Source of the DNA: Bugula neritina
Taxonomy: Eukaryota; Animalia; Bryozoa
Assembly (NCBI GenBank): GCA_964035545.1
Contig: OZ037767.1
Location: forward strand, 133,480-197,479
DNA length: 64,000 nt
Direction: 5' to 3'
In this document: piece after piece, positions 55,901 through 64,000 of the stretch
Position numbering within the stretch: the stretch's first letter is position 1
How the letters are laid out: the number at the start of each line of letters is the position of its first letter
The notes under the pieces: generated by a model
What the model was told of the DNA's origin: nothing
Seen by the model: only the letters and a program-made list of their open reading frames with translations
Databases searched by the model: none
Position numbers and translations under genes: made by a program

Positions 55901-58900
55901 CTGACACTCTCTCACGCAGGCATTGTAAGAGTACTCTGGGTAGAAGCTGAGGGGGTTGGGTTTAGTCTCAGTATCAAAACAGTCAGCAGTGTTGTTGTCA
56001 GCAGGGGGCGGCTGCCTCTTTATCTGTGAGATAAAAGAATGTTATGTACGCGTACATGCAGTGTGTGATCCAAACTATTAGGTGTGATATACAGAGTACT
56101 GAGTATAAACTATTAGGTGTGATATACAGAGTAATGAGTATAAACTATTAGGTGTGATATACAGAGTACTGAGTATAGACTATTAGGTGTGATATACAGA
56201 GTACTGAGTATAAACTATTAGGTGTGATATACAGAGTACTGAGTATAAACTATTAGGTGTGATATACAGAGTACTGAGTATAGACTATTAGGTGTGATAT
56301 ACAGAGTACTGAGTATAAACTATTAGGTGTGATATACAGAGTACTGAGTATAAACTATTAGGTGTGATATACAGAGTACTGAGTATAAACTATTAGGTGT
56401 GATATACAGAGTAATGAGTATAAACTATTAGGTGTGATATACAGAGTACTGAGTATAAACTATTAGGTGTGATATACAGAGTACTGAGTATAAACTATTG
56501 GGTGTGATATACAGAGTACTGAGTATAAACTATTAGGTGTGATATACAGAGTACTGAGTATAAACTATTAGGTGTGATATACAGAGTACTGAGTATAAAC
56601 TATTAGGTGTGATATACAGAGTACTGAGTATAGACTATTAGGTGTGATATACAGAGTACTGAGTATAAACTATTAGGTGTGATATACAGAGTACTGAGTA
56701 TAGACTATTAGGTGTGATATACAGAGTACTGAGTATAAACTATTAGGTGTGATACCTTTCCTTGTTCAAACTTATAGAACACTTTAGAGACCACCAGATG
56801 CGCTGATTATAGTAAACTAATGAGAGTTGCCCCTCCTTCATATTAAGCATATTTTACCCCTCAGCTCACCTTGAGTAAATCTAAGGCTACTTTAGAGTAG
56901 GTTCCAGGAGCTACTCCGATTATTGAGTCAGTAACCATAACTCCGACTTCTCCTGGTTTATTAGCAGCCATCTGGTGGTACATACAGAGTAAGTAGTATA
57001 TTATATATAGCTTGTAGTAAGTAGTAAGTAGCTAGTAGTAAGTAGCTAGTAGTGAGTAGTAAGTAGTAAGTAGCTAGTAGTAAGTAGCTAGTAGTGAGTA
57101 GTAAGTAGCTAGTAGTAAGTAGCTAGTAGTAAGTAGCTAGTAGTAAGTAGCTAGTAGTAAGTAGCTAGTAGTAAGTAGCTAGTAGTGAGTAGCTAGTAGT
57201 AAGTAGCTAGTAGTAAGTAGCTAGTAGTAAGTAGTAAGTAGCTAGTAGTAAGTAGCTGGTAGTAAGTAACTAGTAGTAAGTAACTAGTAGTAAGTAGTAA
57301 GTAGTAAGTAGCTAGTAGTAAGTAGCTAGTAGTAAGTAGCTAGTAGTAAATAGCTAGTAGTAAGTAGCTAGCAGTAAGTAGCTAGTAGTAAGTAGCTGGT
57401 AGTAAGTAGCTAGTAATAAGTAGTAAGTAGCTAGTAGTAAGTAGCTAGTAGTAAGTAGCTAGTAGTAAGTAGCTAGTAGTAAGTAGCTAGTAGTGAGTAG
57501 CTAGTAGTAAGTAGCTAGTAGTAAGTAGCTAGTAGTAAGTAGTAAGTAGCTAGTAGTAAGTAGCTGGTAGTAAGTAACTAGTAGTAAGTAACTAGTAGTA
57601 AGTAGTAAGTAGTAAGTAGCTAGTAGTAAGTAGCTAGTAGTAAGTAGCTAGTAGTAAATAGCTAGTAGTAAGTAGCTAGCAGTAAGTAGCTAGTAGTAAG
57701 TAGCTGGTAGTAAGTAGCTAGTAATAAGTAGTAAGTAGCTAGTAGTAAGTAGCTAGTAGTAAGTAGTAAGTAGTAAGTATCAAGAAGTAAGTAACAAAGA
57801 CTTACAGAGAAGCCGCTGGACAATGACTCAGGGCCAACATAGTAGGAGTCAACTTCTGCATCCAGAACCAGTAACAGACCTCCAAGTAGGCCTGGGTTCC
57901 TCACTTTGTGTCTCCCGTCCTCATTGAAGGAGTAGCACAACCCTGTGTGTAATATAATATACACAGTATACTGAGTATAATATACAGAGTACTGAGTATA
58001 ATATACAGAGTACAGAGTATAATATACAGAGTACTGAGTATAATATACAGAGTACTGAGTATAATATACAGAGTACTGAGTATAATATACAGAGTACTGA
58101 GTATAATATACAGAGTATATAGTATAATATACAGAGTACTGAGTATAATATACAGAGTACTGAGTATAATATACAGCGTATACTGAGTATAATATACAGA
58201 GTATATAGTATAATATACAGCGTATACTGAGTATAGTATACAGAGTATATAGTATAATATACAGAGTATACAGAGTATAATATACAGAGTACTGAGTATA
58301 ATATACAGAGTATACAGAGTATAATATACAGCGTATACTGAGTATTATAATATACAGCATATGCAGAGTATAATATACAGGGTATACAGAGTATAATATA
58401 CAGCGTATACAGAGTATAATATACAGCATATACAGAGTATAATATACACATATTAACCTACCAATATCTGTTAGCACTGGTTTGAACTCTGCCGTGATAT
58501 TCAAGTCTTCAGAGCGAAAGGTTGCGTACTGAATGGTAGTAGTGACAGGGGGAGATAACTTGTACATAGCGTCTTGTAGTGTGTTGCTGTCCAAGTTAGC
58601 TAGGAGATGGTACTCTGGTGAGCTCCAGTTCCTTCAGTAAAGTTTATATATGTGTATATATACATGTATATATGTGTATATATACATGTATATATATACA
58701 CATATATACATGTATATGTGTGTATATATACATGTATATATGTGTATATATACATGTATATATACACATATATACATGTATATGTGTGTATATATACATG
58801 TATATATATACACATATATACATGTATATATATACACATATATACATGTATATATTCAACTTAATAAATAAACAAAGAGGAGTAAAGAGAGACTCACACA

Positions 58901-59979
58901 TGAGTTACAGACTGCCCGTAAGCGAACAAGTTTTTCAGCAAGATGTCGAGTCCGGTGACGTTGTAGGAGTAGACGGCCGACTCGACGTAGTGTCGGTTGA
59001 AGGCGTTGTTACTGCACACCAGGATGTTGGGAAATTGGAGCTCCTTGACTCGCACGTTTCTAAATTTGGTTGTCGTCTCTCTTTTGATGAAGGTGTTGAA
59101 AAACTCCCAGGAGGCGTATCCGGCGTAGAGCAGCATAATGAGTATAGTCACCACCCAGAGCACCCTGCAACACGTGTCAAATATACTGTTACCACCCAAA
59201 GCACCCTGCGACACGTGTCAAATATACTGTTACCACCCAGAGCACCCTGCAACACGTGTCAAATATACTGTTACCACCCAGAGCACCCTGCAACACGTGT
59301 CAAATATACTGTTACCACCCAGAGCACCCTGCAACACTTGTCAAATATACTGTTACCACCCAGAGCACCCTGCGACACGTGTCAGGTGTACTGTCACCAC
59401 CCAGAGCACCCTCCGGCATGGGTCAAATATACTGTCATATACTTACTTAGTCACAGGGTATAAGTTACTCTACTTACTTAGTCACAGGGTGTAAGTTAAT
59501 CTACTTACTTAGTCACAAGGTGTAAGTTACTATACTTACTTAGTCACAGGGTGTAAGTTACTCTACTTACTTAGTCACAGGGTGTAAGATAATCTACTTA
59601 CTTAGTCACAAGGTGTAAGTTACTATACTTACTTAGTCACAGGGTGCAAGTTAATCTACTTACTTAGTCACAAGGTGTAAGTTACTATACTTACTTAGTC
59701 AGAGGGTGTAAGTTACTCTACTTACTTAGTCACAGGGTGTAAGTTAATCTACTTACTTAGTCACAAGGTGTAAGTTACTATACTTACTTAGTCACAGGGT
59801 GTAAGTTACTATACTTACTTAGTCACAGGGTGTATTTTATTAAGGTGAACATAACGGATGCCGTGCATAGACACTTCCTGTGTAAACTCCGACCATGATG
59901 GTTCCTTTTCACTATCTTCTTCTGTCGGTTGTTCCTCCAAGACTTTCTTCTCATCGCATTTACAGTTTGAACATTCCAT
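52913..59979 (-). CDS. DEG/ENaC (ASIC-like) ion channel, paralogue 2, multi-exon
   Basis: ATG at 59979, [51 protein letters not shown], stop at 52913. Confidence 0.9.
53913..55393. repeat. 23-bp intronic minisatellite
   Basis: Unit attactatgtaatatagtagcgt. Confidence 0.95.
56072..56755. repeat. 35-bp intronic minisatellite
   Basis: Unit aaactattaggtgtgatatacagagtactgagtat. Confidence 0.95.
57015..57780. repeat. 14-bp intronic minisatellite
   Basis: Unit gtagtaagtagcta. Confidence 0.95.
59148..59834. repeat. 41-bp (acceptor-duplicating) and 31-bp (donor-duplicating) repeats making up nearly all of intron 1 of paralogue 2
   Basis: Minus strand: gtgttgcag|ggtgctctgggtggt repeated, and caccctgtgactaa|gtaagt repeated. 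Confidence 0.9.
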
Positions 59980-62238
59980 ATTACTAAACAATACTACAGC
60001 ACATTCAAATAGAACTTCACACAGTCAGATATAATAAATATACACCAGCTTAGCAACAGAGCACCTGCAGTCACTTACCAAGCTGACAAAGCTGTGTGAT
60101 GGTGTTAGCAACAAAGCACTTGCACTCACTTGCCAAGCTGACAGAGCTGTGTGATAGAGTTAGCAAGAGAGAGACCTTCACGGATGCAACAATTGAAACA
60201 TTGAAACATTAAGCTACACTTTTGAGTTTGTTAATCAAACTCCTTGAACGATGAAACCCACAAGTCAACACCTTGAAGTGACACCCTCAGGTGACATTCT
60301 GAGGTGACCTCAGTGTTCTGTTGACGAGTGCCGTAAAATGAGAGGCTAAGGGAAATGACATCCAGCGCAGGTGCTACTTCATTAAATTTCTATTCACTTA
60401 CAAAGCAATGCAATTTAAAATGCCACTTGGTCTCTACACTCCAAATCTTGAATTTAAATAAATCAATCAAATAAAATACTACAGCAAACACAAAGGACTA
60501 ATGCATGCATACACATTATACAGTATAAAAGACAGAATTTAAACCATATGTAAAAAAAACTTTCACGGTCTAACAAATTGAAAGTAAAAATTCCTATAAG
60601 GTAAGGAGAGTGTTTGAGAGTCATGGTGGCAAACTAACTAAATTAAACAACATATAAACCATTTATATAAACAGCAGGAAAATAATGTGCTTGTTTTAAT
60701 GTCATTTGCTGTAGGCTTGTACGACAAGACAAAATTTTCACCTATTGTAAGTTTGGTTGAGGTTGAGAAAAGCTTTCGATTTAAAAAAAATTAGATATTG
60801 TTAATTTCTCTTCCTCAGAATAAAGTGTTACATTTGGTTACCTGGTGCGAGTGAATGGCTAAGAGTTTCGAGTATCTGGTGTCAGGCAGAAAGAGAGAGA
60901 CAAAACCTTATCAGTCAGTGAACGTCTAGAGAGTGGTTGAGATGATAATCACTAAGAAAGCTTCTTATTGATTCGCAACTCAAGGATGTAATTATGAGAC
61001 AATACACCAATCAATAAATCAGAATGTCAATGTTTATTTTGCAGTCAGTTTGTCCACGCCATGTTTATCACAGGAACCTGCTCTGTCTTGTCATGTTCAC
61101 TTGTATAGGAAATGGCATGTTACGTGACAATCTGCACCTTTTGCAAGTGTGTAGAGTGTAGGCATTGCTGAATAGCATCAGTGCAGGTAATTTGAGATAA
61201 ATCTATGTTTTCATATCACATGTTTTTGATATCTGCCTATTGATGACTTTTTGTTTTTTGCTCTTGATTTGGCCCAAGTGTTTCGCAATTATTGAACGGT
61301 ATAGAGGAATTGAAGGACACACTTGTAATGATTTGTTTGCGTTGAGTGTATTCATCATACATTTCTGTAGAGTCTTTCTAAGGCAGCATCACAACATCTA
61401 CGTCATCAAACATCCTGTTTCAATGACTCCCTTATAGTATATAATGTCTCCCTAGTATATAATGTCTCCCTAGTATATAATGTCTCCCTAGTATATAATG
61501 TCTCCCTAGTATATAATGTCTCCCCAGTATATAATGTCTCCCCAGTATATAATGTCTATACTAGTATATAATGTCTCTCTAGTATATAATGTCTCCCTAG
61601 TATATAATGTCTCCCTAGTATATAATGTCTCCCTAGTATATAATGTCTCCCTAGTATATAATGTCTCCCTAGTATATAATGTCTCCCTAGTATATAATGT
61701 CTCCCTAGTATATGTATTGTACAGGTATTGTACAGGTATTGTACAGTCTATATTCATGAGAACTGAATTTATAAACAACTTCAATGAGTGCAGAAGCATT
61801 ACATACTAAGCTGAAAAGAAAAATTACACAAGATGTATTTCCCACGCTTTCTGTGATTAAATCAATTAAAAGGAAAAGATGTTTACTCAGTGTTAATAAT
61901 CAGGCCAAGTCTCTCTCAAACTATACTTGACTACCATTAGACTTAATGAGGGCAGTTGTAGTTTTTCTAAGGCTGTAACACATTCTTTCAAACAAAACTT
62001 TGTTTGATTTACACACTATTTATTTGCTACAACAACAAAAATATTTATCTTATAAATATAATATAGATATAAATATAATATATAGATATACGAGACATAC
62101 AATGTTATAAATATAATATATATATATAGATATAATATAGATATAGGAGACATACAATATTATAGATATAATATAGATATATAAACATAATGTAGCTATA
62201 TAGACATATGCCTAGAGAAGTAGTAACGCAGAGCTAGT

Positions 62239-63672
62239 CTAATATTTAACAGTGTTTACAGGCTCCACATGTACGTGTATTACATTCTTTCTACTCTCCT
62301 GTTCTCTCTTCCTGTTGATACATCTGATGAGACTGAATACTCCAAACTGTATAAACTCACAGATTGTCAGTAGACTGGCTCCAATACAAACTCCTAGAGT
62401 TCCTCCCAGGTTAGCTGTGGGAATACACAAGGGAAAACTCAACACAGTCGGGGACATAACTCCAAACAATAAATAAGTGATTGCACCTAGAGACTATGAG
62501 AAGTAACTCCGTGTAATGCAACAAGAGCACAGAGGCTACGTGGCCAGTGTATACGCCTGCGACCTGATCAACCAATCATATTCAACAATGTATGTTACAA
62601 ATACTAACCAATCACATCCATCCATGTGTAAGAGAGATACTCCTCCAGCTGGTCGTAGCTCAAGGACCTGTAGCTGAGGGTCAAGGAGAGAGAATTCCTG
62701 TGCATATGCTGCAGCGTACCTACAGAATACACAGTAAGTATAGGAGTAAGTGCAATGTAAGTATAGGAGTAAGTGTAATGTAAGTATAGAAGTAAGTGTA
62801 ATGTAAGTATAGAAGTAAGTGTAATGTAAGTATAGAAGTAAGTGTAATGTAAGTATAGAAGTAAGTGTAATGTAAGTATAGAAGTAAGTGTGATGTAAGT
62901 ATAGAAATAAGTATAATGTAAGTATAGAAGTAAGTATAATGTAAGTATAGGAGGTCGAGCAGCACCTGTGTCATATCCGTAGAGATCAGTGAAGTAGTTG
63001 TCATTGGGGAAATCGTAGATGGCTATCTGAGACTTGTAGTGTTCTTCATTGCATGTGCTCTTACAGTTACACGTGCCGTGGAGGTAGGCCACCCTCTCCG
63101 AGAGATCTGTACAGAGAACACAAGCTAACACAACTTTACACACATAAACATACACATACATACTCTTGTATATAGAGAGTAGACTGAGTACATAGTCTTG
63201 TATATAGAGAGTATAGTAGACTGAGTACATAGTCTTGTATATAGAGAGTATAGTAGACTGAGTACATAGTCTTGTATATAGAGAGTATAGTAGACTGAGT
63301 ACATACTCTTGTATATAGAGAGTAAAGTAGACTGAGTACATAGTCTTGTATATAGAGAGTATAGTAGACTGAGTACATAGTCTTGTATATAGAGAGTATA
63401 GTAGACTGAGTACATACTCTTGTATATAGAGAGTAAAGTAGACTGAGTACATAGTCTTGTATATAGAGAGTATAGTAGACTGAGTACATAGTCTTGTATA
63501 TAGAGAGTATAGTAGACTGAGTACATAGTCTTGTATATAGAGAGTATAGTAGACTGAGTACATAGTCTTGTATATAGAGAGTATAGTAGACTGAGTACAT
63601 ACTCTTGTAGGATATTGGCATGGCACATGAGATGAGTTTATCCGGCTTGCATACTTCTATCCCACCTACAGC
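62239..63672 (-). CDS. DEG/ENaC paralogue 3, 3' exons only (gene continues beyond the window)
   Basis: [49 protein letters not shown]. Confidence 0.88.
63160..63610. repeat. 37-bp intronic minisatellite
   Basis: Unit gtatatagagagtatagtagactgagtacatagtctt. Confidence 0.9.
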
Positions 63673-63756
63673 TACAAACAATATATAGAGTATATATCAT
63701 ACTATAAATAGCATATAATATGGTATAATATAGTACATAGTATATAATATAGTATA

Positions 63757-64000
<244 letters not shown>

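Overview
AT-rich, repeat-laden, intron-rich invertebrate (metazoan) genomic DNA. The main feature is a complete, apparently young 14,156-bp Polinton/Maverick (adintovirus-like endogenous virus) at 9689-23844. It has 448-bp terminal inverted repeats (TIRs), a 6-bp target-site duplication (TSD, CACCTC) and a full virion gene set: protein-primed DNA polymerase B, rve integrase, packaging ATPase, double jelly-roll major capsid (frameshifted), penton, adenain-type protease, core-like and fibre-like proteins. It sits inside an intron of an intact SLC18B1-like MFS transporter gene (255-24689). Unusual traits of the element: each TIR ends in a 111-nt fold-back hairpin; nearly every ORF begins with TAAATG and two are preceded by AAAATTGA (poxvirus-late and mimivirid-early promoter-like motifs); the integrase is fused to a Zn-finger and a parvovirus-type PLA2 through putative GxG protease sites. 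The rest of the window holds non-autonomous DNA transposons, a tRNA-derived SINE, three DEG/ENaC (ASIC-like) channel paralogues and many minisatellites, many of which tandemly duplicate exon-intron junctions. All calls come from reading the sequence by eye; no searches were run.
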